Counted from the stretch's first letter, positions 10,940-21,747 are shown. The stretch: 64,000 nt of DNA from Verrucomicrobiota bacterium (GCA_047947115.1 CP170459.1:2432001-2496000), one strand, 5' to 3'. Notes: a model not told the origin generated them from the letters alone. Translations and numbers: made by a program.

Positions 10940-11461
10940 ATGAATTGGAATCGCCTCTCCATTTGCATAACACGCCGAAGCCTGTCCCTGTGGATGATGG
11001 TGTTGGTCGTTCACTGGTTGACAACGCCGTTTGCCGTTCAGGCAGCCGACCTGGCACTGTCCACCCGTCTGGTTTGGGGGACCAACCGTGAGGCGCCCAA
11101 AGGGGAAGACCTGAAACCTGTTTCACCAAAGCTCAAATCAAAGTTCGTCAACATTTTCAAATGGATGAACTACTATGAGATTTCCAACAAGCAATTCACA
11201 TTTCCCAAGCATGCAGGTAAAAAAACCCGATTAAGTCCCAAGTGTGAAATTATCATGGAAATCATTGAAGATGACACACTGCAGGTGAAAGTCTTTGGTG
11301 AGGATCAGTTGCAACGCACCGTCAAGCACCCTCTGAAACCCATCCTCAAGGATGGAGAATTGTTTGTGGTGGCTGGTGATGACAAGGATAGCTTCGGAGA
11401 CGCCTGGTTTCTTGTGATCGCTCACCCCAATATCGATGAGGAAACCGAAGAGAAGAAGTAA
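10940..11461 (+). CDS. Secreted hypothetical protein, third gene of the ECF operon
   Basis: Signal-peptide-like N-terminus ending AVQA; co-oriented with sigma/anti-sigma. Confidence 0.7.
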   Translation: MNWNRLSICITRRSLSLWMMVLVVHWLTTPFAVQAADLALSTRLVWGTNREAPKGEDLKPVSPKLKSKFVNIFKWMNYYEISNKQFTFPKHAGKKTRLSPKCEIIMEIIEDDTLQVKVFGEDQLQRTVKHPLKPILKDGELFVVAGDDKDSFGDAWFLVIAHPNIDEETEEKK

Positions 11462-11646
11462 CCTTTTCTTGCATTCGAAGGCAGCGCTGGGGGTCCTATG
11501 TGAGGCTTTCGCCTTTCCTGCTTTCAGTACGTTTTCAGTTTCCTAAATAATCCTTGGCAATCTGCCCAAGGCCATGGATGATTTGCAGGTAATTTTCACT
11601 TCTTTCAAAAGCTGCTGATGCAGTGCTGAGGTGAATCATTGACAAC

Positions 11647-12744
11647 TTGATCATGGAACTGTCCTATCATTTTAAGAAACACGGATGCTTTCTGTATGCC
11701 GCCTTGATCCTGGCGACGATCGCATGGGCACAAGCTGCTGATACCAACATCCGGCTTGCGACGCAGCCTGGTAAATTAAGGTATGATGTAGAGACCTTTG
11801 CCGTAAAACCCGGGGTGGATGTGGCGTTGACTTTCATCAACAACGACGAGATGCAACACAACCTGCTCATCGTTCAAGGAGAAGAAGGCATCACATTGAA
11901 GGTTGCGCAGAAAGCCTGGGCGATGGGGCCGGGTGCGGCGGATAAACAGTTTGTGCCGGAGATGGAAGGCGTGGTTCTGGTGCACAGCCGAGTGTTGAAT
12001 CCCGGTCAGCAGCAAACGCTTCACTTCAAATCGCCTGACAAACAAGGTGTTTACCCTTATGTATGCACTTTGCCGGGACATGCCTTTTCCATGAAAGGCC
12101 AGATGGTGGTGACAAATAATCCCGAATCTGTCAAAAAAACAGAGGCGAAACCAGATGAGGATCAGGGTGTTGATTTTGTTTTACACCCCCACCACAAACC
12201 GATCATTAAACGTTCTTTCGTTCAGGACGGCCCCCCGCGCGCCATCAATGTTGGTATTCCTGGAGGAATCAATTATTGCTTCGATGCGGAAACTTGCACG
12301 GTGGCCTTCGGCTGGTTTGGGGCTTTTCTGGATATCGGGCCTGATTGGGGGCGCAATGCCAATGAACGCGGCGGTCGCCCTGTGCGCGTTCTTGGGGAGC
12401 GGTTCGATGCAGGACAGCCATTTTTCCCGATTCGTCTTGGCGGAAACAATATTCCGTCGCAGGTGCGCTTTAAAGGTTACCGGTTGAATGGCATGCAGGC
12501 GCCGACTTTGGAGTTCACCGTCAACGGTGCCTGGGTCAAGGAAACCATCACACCGTCCGAAAGGGGAATTGGTTTGAAATACACTTTTGAAATGGATCCC
12601 GGATTAGTGACTCCGGTTTATGTCCATTTGGACCGCAGCGATGCTGAAGTAACCGTTTCTCACGGCAAATGGGAGGGCTCCTGGCTGAAAATAGAGCCAG
12701 AGGATATTGCTTCCTTTTCCCTCACTCGTTTTTATCAACCTTGA
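11647..12744 (+). CDS. Azurin/plastocyanin-like blue copper protein with extra C-terminal domain
   Basis: MQHN and YPYVCTLPGHAFSMKG type-1 copper ligands (H, C, H, M); signal peptide. Confidence 0.85.
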   Translation: MIMELSYHFKKHGCFLYAALILATIAWAQAADTNIRLATQPGKLRYDVETFAVKPGVDVALTFINNDEMQHNLLIVQGEEGITLKVAQKAWAMGPGAADKQFVPEMEGVVLVHSRVLNPGQQQTLHFKSPDKQGVYPYVCTLPGHAFSMKGQMVVTNNPESVKKTEAKPDEDQGVDFVLHPHHKPIIKRSFVQDGPPRAINVGIPGGINYCFDAETCTVAFGWFGAFLDIGPDWGRNANERGGRPVRVLGERFDAGQPFFPIRLGGNNIPSQVRFKGYRLNGMQAPTLEFTVNGAWVKETITPSERGIGLKYTFEMDPGLVTPVYVHLDRSDAEVTVSHGKWEGSWLKIEPEDIASFSLTRFYQP

Positions 12745-12759
12745 TCCACTTTTATCCTC

Positions 12760-14280
12760 ATGATGATTCCAAGTTTAAACAAAACGATCTGGACGAAGTT
12801 AATTTGCTGCCTGTTTCTCGCAGGTTGCTGGGACATGGTTGCCGCCGAGCAAAAGTCTCCTTCCAATATCCCTGCGGGGTACGCCGTTGAAACGGTCGAA
12901 ATCCCGGAAGGTATCACACTTGGTGTGGGCGGTATTGCGTTTGCGTCTGATGGTGCTGTGTTTTTGACTTCCCGGGAAGGACAGGTCTGGCGCCTTCAGG
13001 ATGAAAAGTGGAGTTTGTTCGCTGATGGATTGCATGAGGTGCTTGGAATTTATATCGATCCGGTCACCTCTGAAATCTGGGTCATGCAGCGTCCGGAACT
13101 GACCAAGCTCATTGATGAAGACGGTGACGGTGCTGCCGATGTTTTCCGAACCATCAATGCCGAATGGGGATTGACCGACAATTATCACGAATACGCCTTT
13201 GGAATGGTGCGTGATTCGGAGGGTAATTTTTATGGGACTCTGAATACCAGCCTGAGTTGGGTTGGTTGGGCGGGCAGCTCCAAGTGGGATGTTGGCCGTG
13301 TGCATGATGGCAAAATGGGGCGTGCCGCCAGGTATCGTGGATGGTCCTTTCAAATCACACCCGATGGCCGGTTCGTCCCCTGGTCTTCAGGTATGCGTTC
13401 ACCGGCGGGAATCGGGATGAACAAAATGGAAGAGATTTTTTACACCGACAATCAAGGCGATTGGAATGGATCTTCCACGTTGCAGCATGTGGTCAAAGGG
13501 CGTTTTCACGGCCATCCTTCTTCCCTGATGGATCATCCTGATTTTCAAGGACAGGATCTGAATGCCATTTCGGTGGATGCCTATCGGGAACTTCGCACGC
13601 CTCCTGCTGTTTTCTTCATTCACGGAGATCTGGCCAATTCTCCCGGAGAACCTGTATTCAACGAAACGGGGGGGCAGTTTGGTCCTTTCGAAGATCAGAT
13701 CTTTGTAGGGGATCAGACCCGGTCCAATCTCATGCGCATATATCTGGAGAAAGTGCAGGGTGCATATCAAGGAGCCATATTCAATTTCATCGATCCCATG
13801 CAAAGTGGCATCGTTCGAAATCAATTCGACAAAAACGGGGTGCTTTATGTGGGGCAGACCGGGCGCGGTTGGCGTTCGGTGGGGGACCAGATCTTCGGGC
13901 TTCAGAAAGTCCGCTGGGATCGGCGCACGACCCCTGTGGAAATGCAGTCCATTCGTTTGACAACAACCGGGTTCGAAATCCGTTTCACGCAACCCATGGA
14001 CGAGGCTTTGCTCAAGGATCCGGAAAGTTTCTCGATTCGCCATTGGCATTACCTATACCGCCCCGAATACGGATCTCCAAAGGCGGACCTTACCCAGGTT
14101 GAACCTTCGAACATCCAGGTAACCCATCACGGGATGGGGGTGCGGTTTGAGTTGCCATTGCTCACCGGAAAGGTGTATGAGTTCAAGCTCAATGGGATGC
14201 GTTCTGAATCGGGAGCTGATCTGACCAATCCTATCGGATGGTATACATTGAATCGCTTACGGCTGGATGATCTGCGTTGA
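12760..14280 (+). CDS. Secreted glucose/sorbosone-dehydrogenase-like beta-propeller protein
   Basis: QRPELT, DEDGDGAAD, YHEYAFG, GMRSPAG, TDNQGDW motifs. Confidence 0.75.
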   Translation: MMIPSLNKTIWTKLICCLFLAGCWDMVAAEQKSPSNIPAGYAVETVEIPEGITLGVGGIAFASDGAVFLTSREGQVWRLQDEKWSLFADGLHEVLGIYIDPVTSEIWVMQRPELTKLIDEDGDGAADVFRTINAEWGLTDNYHEYAFGMVRDSEGNFYGTLNTSLSWVGWAGSSKWDVGRVHDGKMGRAARYRGWSFQITPDGRFVPWSSGMRSPAGIGMNKMEEIFYTDNQGDWNGSSTLQHVVKGRFHGHPSSLMDHPDFQGQDLNAISVDAYRELRTPPAVFFIHGDLANSPGEPVFNETGGQFGPFEDQIFVGDQTRSNLMRIYLEKVQGAYQGAIFNFIDPMQSGIVRNQFDKNGVLYVGQTGRGWRSVGDQIFGLQKVRWDRRTTPVEMQSIRLTTTGFEIRFTQPMDEALLKDPESFSIRHWHYLYRPEYGSPKADLTQVEPSNIQVTHHGMGVRFELPLLTGKVYEFKLNGMRSESGADLTNPIGWYTLNRLRLDDLR

Positions 14281-14282
14281 TG

Positions 14283-14316
14283 CGCTTGTTTCACAGCAGA
14301 AACAAGCGGTTTCTTT
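14283..14316. terminator. Hairpin between convergent genes, probable terminator
   Basis: CGCTTGTTTC-acagca-GAAACAAGCG perfect 10-bp stem followed by GTTTCTTT. Confidence 0.65.
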
Positions 14317-15243
14317 CTAAAAGAACAAAGCTTCGGCTTTTTGAATGTCTGCCAGGATTTGCTGTTGCAGTGCCTGGATGTCGGGGAAGCGTTGTTCGTT
14401 GCGGATACGTTCCTTGAGTTCCAGTGCCAGGAATTCGCCGTAGATATCCCCCTTGAAATTCAAAAAATGAACCTCGGCCTGGGTGCGGGGGATCGGGTGA
14501 TTCAGGGTGGGACGTGTGCCGATGTTTAAGACTCCATGCAAGGTTGTTCCATCTCGATGGGTTTGGACCGCCCAGACGCCCGGTTTGGGGAGAGTGAGTG
14601 TCTGCACATCCAGATTGGCTGTGGGAAATCCGAGTTTCCGGCCCAGGCCATCTCCTTTCACAACCTCGCCAACCATGCAGTAAGGACGTCCCAGCAGTTC
14701 GGATGCTTTTGAAACATTTCCGTCAGCAAGCAGGTTGCGAATGCGCGTGCTGCTAACCGGTTCGCCATCGCATGTCACCGCCGTTTTACAAGTTGTCTGG
14801 AATCCCCATTGCATTCCCAGTTGCTTGAGGAGGTCGACATTGCCGGTTCGGCGGTGCCCAAATGCGAAATTGTCACCCACACAGATTTCGACAAGTCGGC
14901 CGCAGTGATCTTTGATTTGGTGGATAAAGGAGGCCGCATCCAATTGCCTCAAAGCCTCGTCAAAGGGGACGATCCACGCGATGTTCAATCCTGCTTCTTT
15001 GAGCAATAGCTCCTTCAAACTCTGAGGGTAAATCAGCCCAGGTGCGTGAGAAGGGGCCAGTATGTGAGCCGGATGCTCCTGAAAAGTCAGGGCGAGCGCC
15101 AACCCTGAGTCTGTTTTGGCCTGTTTGATGATGTGGCTTAACAGAGACTGGTGACCGAGGTGCAGTCCGTCGAACATTCCAATGGCACAGTGCACAGGCC
15201 GATCCCGTTGACCGATAGATTGGAATTGACGAATGATATCCAT
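14317..15243 (-). CDS. ribF: Bifunctional riboflavin kinase/FAD synthetase
   Basis: GMFDGLHLGH, VSSTRIR, GFPTAN, NIGTRPT, EVH. Confidence 0.95.
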   Translation of the reverse strand: MDIIRQFQSIGQRDRPVHCAIGMFDGLHLGHQSLLSHIIKQAKTDSGLALALTFQEHPAHILAPSHAPGLIYPQSLKELLLKEAGLNIAWIVPFDEALRQLDAASFIHQIKDHCGRLVEICVGDNFAFGHRRTGNVDLLKQLGMQWGFQTTCKTAVTCDGEPVSSTRIRNLLADGNVSKASELLGRPYCMVGEVVKGDGLGRKLGFPTANLDVQTLTLPKPGVWAVQTHRDGTTLHGVLNIGTRPTLNHPIPRTQAEVHFLNFKGDIYGEFLALELKERIRNEQRFPDIQALQQQILADIQKAEALFF

Positions 15244-15265
15244 GGGCCGGTGAAAACAGGGGGCT

Positions 15266-15982
15266 TCAGCGCGAGCTGGCCAAAGGAGTGGGTGTGATCA
15301 AACACTTGGTAAGTTCCCCAAGATCCATATCGAGGATGTCCTTCAGTGGCCTGGCATCCTTGATATTGAAATCTCCCGATACCGTTCGGCGCAATGTTTT
15401 CAAAAAAGCGCCGCATCCAACTTGTTTGCCAAGGTCATGCGCCAGGCTGCGCACATAGGTGCCCTTGGTACAGGCAATTTCAAAAGTGCATTCAGGCGCA
15501 GTGTAGTCCTTGATCCGGAAATAATAGATGTGGATCAGACGGGCAGGTCGCTCGACCTCGATGCCTTTGCGCGCCAGTTTGTAGAGCGGAACCCCGTCCT
15601 TCTTGATGGCTGATACCATCGGAGGTGTCTGCATCTGATCCCCCTTGAATGTCAGGGCAATTTTGTTGAGGTCCTCCGGAGAAAGATCCGGGACCTCGCT
15701 TTCGGCAACCGTTTCTCCGTCCACATCATAACTGTTTGTTTCCCGGCCGAGTTCGATGCTGCCCTGGTACACTTTATCCTGTCCCATCAGCCGCTCCGAA
15801 AGTTTGGTTGCTTTTCCCAGAACAAGGATGAGCAGACCGGTTGCGTTTGGATCCAATGTTCCGCAATGACCAACCTTCTTGATGCGAAACTTTCTTCGAA
15901 CGGCATCCACCACATCATGGGATGTCATGCCTGGGGGCTTGTCGACGAGTAAAATGCCGTCCGGAGTGGTGTTTTTAACCAT
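15266..15982 (-). CDS. truB: tRNA pseudouridine(55) synthase
   Basis: [35 protein letters not shown]. Confidence 0.96.
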   Translation of the reverse strand: MVKNTTPDGILLVDKPPGMTSHDVVDAVRRKFRIKKVGHCGTLDPNATGLLILVLGKATKLSERLMGQDKVYQGSIELGRETNSYDVDGETVAESEVPDLSPEDLNKIALTFKGDQMQTPPMVSAIKKDGVPLYKLARKGIEVERPARLIHIYYFRIKDYTAPECTFEIACTKGTYVRSLAHDLGKQVGCGAFLKTLRRTVSGDFNIKDARPLKDILDMDLGELTKCLITPTPLASSR

Positions 15983-16004
15983 CGGATAATGAAATAAATT
16001 AAAA

Positions 16005-17000
16005 TTAAAGATTTTCTGGGGGAACTGCCTGAATGGCCTTGCGTATGGCGGCGATGACTCGACGCTGGACGGTCATCGGTTTGCCTTCGATGCGCGCACC
16101 GGATGCGGCTTTGTGTCCGCCTCCACCGAATTGTTTGGCGATTTCATTCACGTTGATTTCCGGATGCTTCGAGCGAAGACTGATGCGGGTTTCGCCTTGT
16201 TCGATTTCCTCGAACAAGCAGGCGACCTCCACCGGTTCAATAGAACGAATATGATCAATCAAACCCTCTGTATCTTCGCGAGTAGCCCCGGATTTTGAAT
16301 AATCCGATTTTTTCAACCACAAATAGGCAATTCGGTTTTCTTCCGTGAGTTTGAATTGATTATAGACGCGGCGTAACAACCGCACGCGGGGGAGGGGATA
16401 GGATTGGTAAACTTCATCGCAGATGCGGGCAAGGTTTGCCCCTCGTTTGACGAGTTCACCTGCGATTTGAAAGGTGTCAGGACTTGTTGACGGATACTGA
16501 AACGAGCCGGTATCGGTGGAAATGGCGGTGAACAGGCAGTCGGCCATCTCGGCCGTCATGGTCCAACGCGCAGCCTTGATAAGTTGAAAGATCATTTCAC
16601 CACTGGACGAGGCATTGGATGCAATCCAATTGATATCCCCATAGCGTGTGTTGCTGGGATGGTGATCAATATTGATGAGCACCTTGTGGGCTCTGATGGC
16701 ATCACCCACCATGCCCAATCGATCGTAGGAGGCTACATCCACGGCTATGACGCAGTCGAACTGTCTGTCCGGTTCCGGGCATTGGCAGATTCCCTCCGGA
16801 TCCATGAACTTCAACTTGGCGGGTGCGGGATCCTGGTTCCAGCAGACGACGTCGATACCAAGGGCTTTGAGGGCCATGGTAAGAGCCAGCTGAGAGCCAA
16901 GGCAATCGCCGTCCGGACGGATATGTCCAACAACACAGAAGGTTTGGTGCTTCTTGATTTCCTCCAGGATTTTGATGGCTGATTTCGGTGCTGCCTTCAT
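16005..17000 (-). CDS. nrnA: DHH family oligoribonuclease/PAP phosphatase
   Basis: HIRPDGD, IDHH, TDTGSF, GGGGH; conserved position after rbfA. Confidence 0.9.
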   Translation of the reverse strand: MKAAPKSAIKILEEIKKHQTFCVVGHIRPDGDCLGSQLALTMALKALGIDVVCWNQDPAPAKLKFMDPEGICQCPEPDRQFDCVIAVDVASYDRLGMVGDAIRAHKVLINIDHHPSNTRYGDINWIASNASSSGEMIFQLIKAARWTMTAEMADCLFTAISTDTGSFQYPSTSPDTFQIAGELVKRGANLARICDEVYQSYPLPRVRLLRRVYNQFKLTEENRIAYLWLKKSDYSKSGATREDTEGLIDHIRSIEPVEVACLFEEIEQGETRISLRSKHPEINVNEIAKQFGGGGHKAASGARIEGKPMTVQRRVIAAIRKAIQAVPPENL

Positions 17001-17356
17001 GAGGGCGATTCCTCGGAGTGCTCCAGTTCATCAATGATGCTGAGCACCTGGTTGCCTTTTTCAATGGAGTCGTCGAATGAAAATCGAACCTGTGGTGAAT
17101 ACTTCATGACAACCCGTTGGGAAACATCCTTCTGCAATTCACCTCTGTGCTCATTCAGGTAATGTTCGGACTGCTTGCGTTGATCCTTCGATCCAACGTG
17201 ACCCAAAAGAATTTTTGCGTGTTTCAAATCTCCGGAAACAAAGACTTCGTGAACGGAAACCAGACCGTAGGTTTCCAGAGGTAGATGCTGCCTCAGCAAA
17301 TCTCCGGCTTCCCGTTTCAAAAGCTCGCGAATGCGTTGATGCCTCAATGACTGCAT
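16997..17356 (-). CDS. rbfA: 30S ribosome-binding factor A
   Basis: VSGDLKHAK, KYSPQVRFSFDDS; follows infB. Confidence 0.92.
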   Translation of the reverse strand: MQSLRHQRIRELLKREAGDLLRQHLPLETYGLVSVHEVFVSGDLKHAKILLGHVGSKDQRKQSEHYLNEHRGELQKDVSQRVVMKYSPQVRFSFDDSIEKGNQVLSIIDELEHSEESPS

Positions 17357-17376
17357 GAATCTGGGGGCTGTCTGCC

Positions 17377-20022
17377 TTACAGCTGTTGGGCCACTTTTTC
17401 GAGTGTGTAAGTCTCGATGATGTCTCCCTCCTGATATCCCTGGAATCCATCAATTCGGATACCACACTCCATACCATTGCGGATCTCCGGCACTTCGTCC
17501 TGAAAACGTCGCAGTGACTGGATGAGACCTTCGTAGATAAGGCTTTCTTTGCGGTAAATACGGGTGCGGCCACGCACCAATTTGCCGTCGGTAACATAAC
17601 TTCCCGCCACCGCTCCACCTTTGGAGAGATCGAAAACTTTGCGCACTTCGGCCTTGCCGGTGACTTGTTCGCGGGTGATCGGGTCCAACAACCCTGCCAT
17701 CGCTTCTCTTACCTCGTCGATCAGTTCGTAAATGATGCTGTAAAGTTTGATCTGGACGCCTTCACGCTTGGCCGTCTCTGTTACTCCCGTGTCTAGTTTG
17801 GTATGAAAACCAATCACAATGGCCCGTGAAGCGGACGCTAGCATCACATCGGAATCGGTGATAGAGCCGACGCCATGGTGGATAACTTCCAGGTCCACCT
17901 TGTCGGAATCGGTTTTGTTGAGCGCATCGACAATGGCTTCAGTGGAACCTTGCGTGTCCGCTTTGACAACCACCTTGAGCGTTTTGGAGGCCCCTTCTTC
18001 CAGTGTGTTGAAAAGGTTCTCCAGAGTGACAGCTTTCCGACGGTCCGCCGATTTCTGACGGGCTTCTTCGCCTCGTTCTTCAGCCAGTTTTCGAGCTTGT
18101 TTCTCTGATTTGACGATATTGAATTCCAGTCCGGCCTCCGGGACGCCATTCAGTCCAAGCACTTTCACCGCCACAGAAGGGCCGGCGGATTTGAGTCGCT
18201 GGCCCTCTTCGTTGATCAAAGCTTTGACTCGGCCCCAGTATGAGCCACAGATTATGGAGTCGCCCACCTTCAATGTCCCTTTTCGGACGAGCACCGTGGC
18301 GGTTGGTCCCCCTTGTTGCAAGCCGGATTCGATGACATTTCCGGTTGCATTACGATCAGGATTGGCCTTGAGTTCGAGGACTTCAGCCTGCAGCAGCACC
18401 ATTTCCAGCAGGGAATCCACACCCTGCTTCGTGACAGCTGACACGTCCACAAAAATAGTATCTCCACCCCATTCCTCGCACATTAAACCGCGATCCTGCA
18501 ATTGCTGCCGTGCCTTCAGTGGGTTGGCTGAAGGGTGATCGCATTTGTTGACCGCGACGATGATGGGAACGCCTGCGGCTTTGGCATGGTTGAGAGCCTC
18601 AATGGTTTGAGGCATCACTCCGTCGTCTGCTGCAACCACTAGGATGACGATGTCGGTGACATTGGCTCCACGTGCTCGCATGGCACTAAACGCCGCGTGA
18701 CCTGGTGTGTCCAGAAAGGTGATTTGCTGAATTTCCTCCGGACGTTCGGGGTGTGGGAAATGGATGGTGTATGCACCGATGTGTTGGGTGATACCTCCTG
18801 CTTCTCTCGAGACGACGTTGGATTTGCGGATGACGTCGAGCAAGGTGGTTTTTCCGTGATCCACGTGTCCCATGATAGTGACCACTGGAGGTCGCAGGGA
18901 AAGGTCTTCGTCTTTGTCCCGATGGTCGAGTTTGATTTTTTCGACCGTTTTGGTGACACCTGCACCCTTTTCACGTTTCTCAACTTCAAAACGGAACCCG
19001 TGTTTGGCGCATACCTGTTTGGCAACCGGTTCTTCGATCGCCTGGTTTACCGTGGCAAATACATTGAGCTCCATCAGATCAGCGATCAATTGGAACGGCT
19101 TGCGATCCATCTCCTGAGCCAAGTCGCGAATGATGATCGGGGGCTTGAGGTTAATGAGTTTGCCGGATTCCGGAACCTTGTATTTTTGAACAAATTTCGG
19201 TTTGGGCTTAGGCTGGTTGAAGCTAGAGCTTGCTGCTGCGCCACCATCCTGGTTTTGCCCTGGTTGTCCCGGGCGGCCCTGAAATTTTGTCGTGGCGGAT
19301 TCTCGTTCCTTCTGCTTGGCTTTCTTCCTTTGCTCCCGTTCTTTGCGCCGGTCTGCCATGCGGGACTGTTTGCTTGGGCCTGCCTGTCTTGTTGGCAACT
19401 GGATGAAACCGACCTTTGCTCCCAACCCGGGCTTGGCGGTTTCTTCGGGTGTTTCCGCTGTTTCCGGTTGAGTGGTCTGCACCGGTTCCACCACTGCAGG
19501 CTCTTCAGGCGGTAATTCAGCGGCAACTTCCTGTTCCGAGGAGGCTTCCGGAGCCTGTTCTGGCTCGACCTGTTCTACGCTGACTTCCTGTTCGGGAGTT
19601 GCTTCCACGGGTTCCTCCTCGACGGTATCGGGCTGCGCGCTCTGCTCAGCCTGCTCATCGCCGGCATCTTCAGGCTCTTCCGGCTCGGCGTGAATCACCT
19701 TGATGGAGGGCTCCTCCATAACTGGTTCTTCTGCCGATTCAGCTTCGTGAGAAGTTTCCTCTGCAGGTGCCTCGTTCGTCTGTTCGGCGTGTGCCTCGTC
19801 GTCGTCTTTTTTGACGACAGTGATGCCTTCAGCTTCAGTGGTGGCTGGGCTTTCCTCTTCTCTTTGGCCACCCAATTCCTTGATCAGGTACTCGGCGGAA
19901 ATTTTATCAATCGAGCTGGATGGTACTTTGGCATTTGCGATCCCCAGGTCCTTGGCGCGTGCGATGACTTCCTTGTTGGGCATGCCAAGGGTTCTGGCGA
20001 TATCGTATATACGAACGGGCAT
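17377..20022 (-). CDS. infB: Translation initiation factor IF-2
   Basis: GHVDHGKT, GGITQHIGAY, DTPGHAAF, NKCD; acidic N-terminal linker; start ATG 20022 (MPVRIY). Confidence 0.98.
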   Translation of the reverse strand: MPVRIYDIARTLGMPNKEVIARAKDLGIANAKVPSSSIDKISAEYLIKELGGQREEESPATTEAEGITVVKKDDDEAHAEQTNEAPAEETSHEAESAEEPVMEEPSIKVIHAEPEEPEDAGDEQAEQSAQPDTVEEEPVEATPEQEVSVEQVEPEQAPEASSEQEVAAELPPEEPAVVEPVQTTQPETAETPEETAKPGLGAKVGFIQLPTRQAGPSKQSRMADRRKEREQRKKAKQKERESATTKFQGRPGQPGQNQDGGAAASSSFNQPKPKPKFVQKYKVPESGKLINLKPPIIIRDLAQEMDRKPFQLIADLMELNVFATVNQAIEEPVAKQVCAKHGFRFEVEKREKGAGVTKTVEKIKLDHRDKDEDLSLRPPVVTIMGHVDHGKTTLLDVIRKSNVVSREAGGITQHIGAYTIHFPHPERPEEIQQITFLDTPGHAAFSAMRARGANVTDIVILVVAADDGVMPQTIEALNHAKAAGVPIIVAVNKCDHPSANPLKARQQLQDRGLMCEEWGGDTIFVDVSAVTKQGVDSLLEMVLLQAEVLELKANPDRNATGNVIESGLQQGGPTATVLVRKGTLKVGDSIICGSYWGRVKALINEEGQRLKSAGPSVAVKVLGLNGVPEAGLEFNIVKSEKQARKLAEERGEEARQKSADRRKAVTLENLFNTLEEGASKTLKVVVKADTQGSTEAIVDALNKTDSDKVDLEVIHHGVGSITDSDVMLASASRAIVIGFHTKLDTGVTETAKREGVQIKLYSIIYELIDEVREAMAGLLDPITREQVTGKAEVRKVFDLSKGGAVAGSYVTDGKLVRGRTRIYRKESLIYEGLIQSLRRFQDEVPEIRNGMECGIRIDGFQGYQEGDIIETYTLEKVAQQL

Positions 20023-20127
20023 AAATTTTTTCTGGCAGGCCGACTTCAAGGAGGAGGTCGTCGGCTTGCTTTAACTTTTCTTGCAATTTGTTTTTTATCA
20101 ATATGGTTCGATTCCTTAGCGGACGAA

Positions 20128-21405
20128 CTAAGATGCCTCACCCTCCTCTGATGGGGCATTTCTTCGCTGTGTTTCCATCTGAACAGCTTCCAGAATGTCT
20201 TTGGCGGCGTCACCAATACCTGGTACTTCCATCAAGTCATCAATTTCTACTTGAAGGAGATCTTCCAAGGTATGAAAACCACTGTTCACCAGAGCTGTGG
20301 CTTGTTCTTCGGAAATACCGTCGATGCTGGCGAAAGCTCTCACAGCTTGAGCTACTTTCTCCTCAAATCCAAGTGTCTTTTCTTCCCTTGCTTGAATGTC
20401 AACATGCCAGCCACAAAGCTTGGAGGTCAGTCGAGCATTCTGGCCGCGCTTGCCGATTGCAAGTGAGAGCTGTTCTTCGTCCACCATGACGTTCAGACGA
20501 CGTCTTTCCTCGTCAATGTCGATGGACTGAAGTTTCGCCGGGTTCAGTGCGTTGGCAACGAACTGGGTGATATCGGGATCCCATGGGATGATATCCACTT
20601 TTTCATTGTTCAACTCGCGCACGATGTTTTTGACGCGCTGGCCTCGAAGTCCCACACAGGCTCCCACCGGATCGACTTTTTCGTCTCTGGAATGAACGGC
20701 CAATTTGGTGCGATAACCCGGTTCACGGGCTATGGCTTTGACCTCGATGGTCCCATCGTTGATTTCTGAAACTTCCAACTTGAAAAGCTTGATGACAAAA
20801 TTGGGGTCGGCACGACTTAGGATGATTTCGGGTCCATGTGACCCGGTATCGACCGCCTTGACAAAGCATCGAACGCGCTCTCCAACCTGATATTCTTCAG
20901 TGGGGACACGCTCGCGATTTGGGAGAAGTGCTTCAAATTTCCCCAGATCGAGGTAAACATCGGACCGTTCAAACCGGCGGACAATGCCGCTGACAATGTC
21001 GCCTGTCCGATCCTTGAATTCGCTGTAGATGAGCTGTTTTTCAGCTTTGCGGATATGCTGAAGCAAGGCTTGTTTGGCGTTTTGAGAAGCAATTCGCCCG
21101 AAGTTTTCGGGGGTGACCTCCACCTCAACCTCTTCGCCCAGCTGGGCATTGGGGTGGTGGCGCCGGGCTTCCGCCACTGAAATATGGTCATGCTTGGATT
21201 CCGGTTTTTCCATGACCATCAGCGTCGCATAAGCGCGAATATCGCCGGATTTCGGATCAATTTGCACGCGCAGATTTCTCGCTGGTCCTACGGCCTTTTT
21301 GGCCGCTGAAATCAGCGCTTCTTCGACAGCCTGAAGCAAGACATCTTTGCTGATGCCTTTCTCCCGCTCCCAGTATTCTAATATGGCTAATAAATCTGCA
21401 TTCAT
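20128..21405 (-). CDS. nusA: Transcription termination/antitermination factor NusA
   Basis: FGRIASQNAKQ, AREPGYRTK, DPVGACVG, AIGKRGQNARL. Confidence 0.98.
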   Translation of the reverse strand: MNADLLAILEYWEREKGISKDVLLQAVEEALISAAKKAVGPARNLRVQIDPKSGDIRAYATLMVMEKPESKHDHISVAEARRHHPNAQLGEEVEVEVTPENFGRIASQNAKQALLQHIRKAEKQLIYSEFKDRTGDIVSGIVRRFERSDVYLDLGKFEALLPNRERVPTEEYQVGERVRCFVKAVDTGSHGPEIILSRADPNFVIKLFKLEVSEINDGTIEVKAIAREPGYRTKLAVHSRDEKVDPVGACVGLRGQRVKNIVRELNNEKVDIIPWDPDITQFVANALNPAKLQSIDIDEERRRLNVMVDEEQLSLAIGKRGQNARLTSKLCGWHVDIQAREEKTLGFEEKVAQAVRAFASIDGISEEQATALVNSGFHTLEDLLQVEIDDLMEVPGIGDAAKDILEAVQMETQRRNAPSEEGEAS

Positions 21406-21436
21406 CCGCGAGATTCCTTTTCTCGTTAAAGAGAAC

Positions 21437-21464
21437 AAAAAAGCCGGCTGATAATCGCCGACTC
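21437..21464 (-). terminator. Leader terminator/attenuator upstream of nusA
   Basis: Minus strand AGUCGGC-GAUUAUCA-GCCGGCU-UUUUU, about 30 nt before the nusA start. Confidence 0.65.
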
Positions 21465-21503
21465 TGGCGTGCCGCTCACTGCGGCCTTAAATTGTTATGG
21501 AAC

Positions 21504-21532
21504 AAACTAATTGGGGCCAAGTAGAGCGTCAA
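21504..21532 (-). promoter_or_regulatory. Putative sigma70 promoter of the nusA-infB operon
   Basis: TTGACG-17 nt-TAGTTT on the minus strand. Confidence 0.45.
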
Positions 21533-21747
21533 GTTCGTTTTAAGGGCAAAATGATCCGATTTCACTCGCGGTGGTTCGTTTCCGGTGTTGCCTGTTTTTT
21601 ATTTGACTTGGCTGGAACATGCTCATCTCGAGAAGGGAAAATCAGTGGGTGACTGCCGTTGACACCGCCGCCGGCTATGCCCAATAATGGACTTGCCTGG
21701 TCGAAACGCGGGAACCGCTCCCGTCCCAGCCTGGTTGAACATACGAT

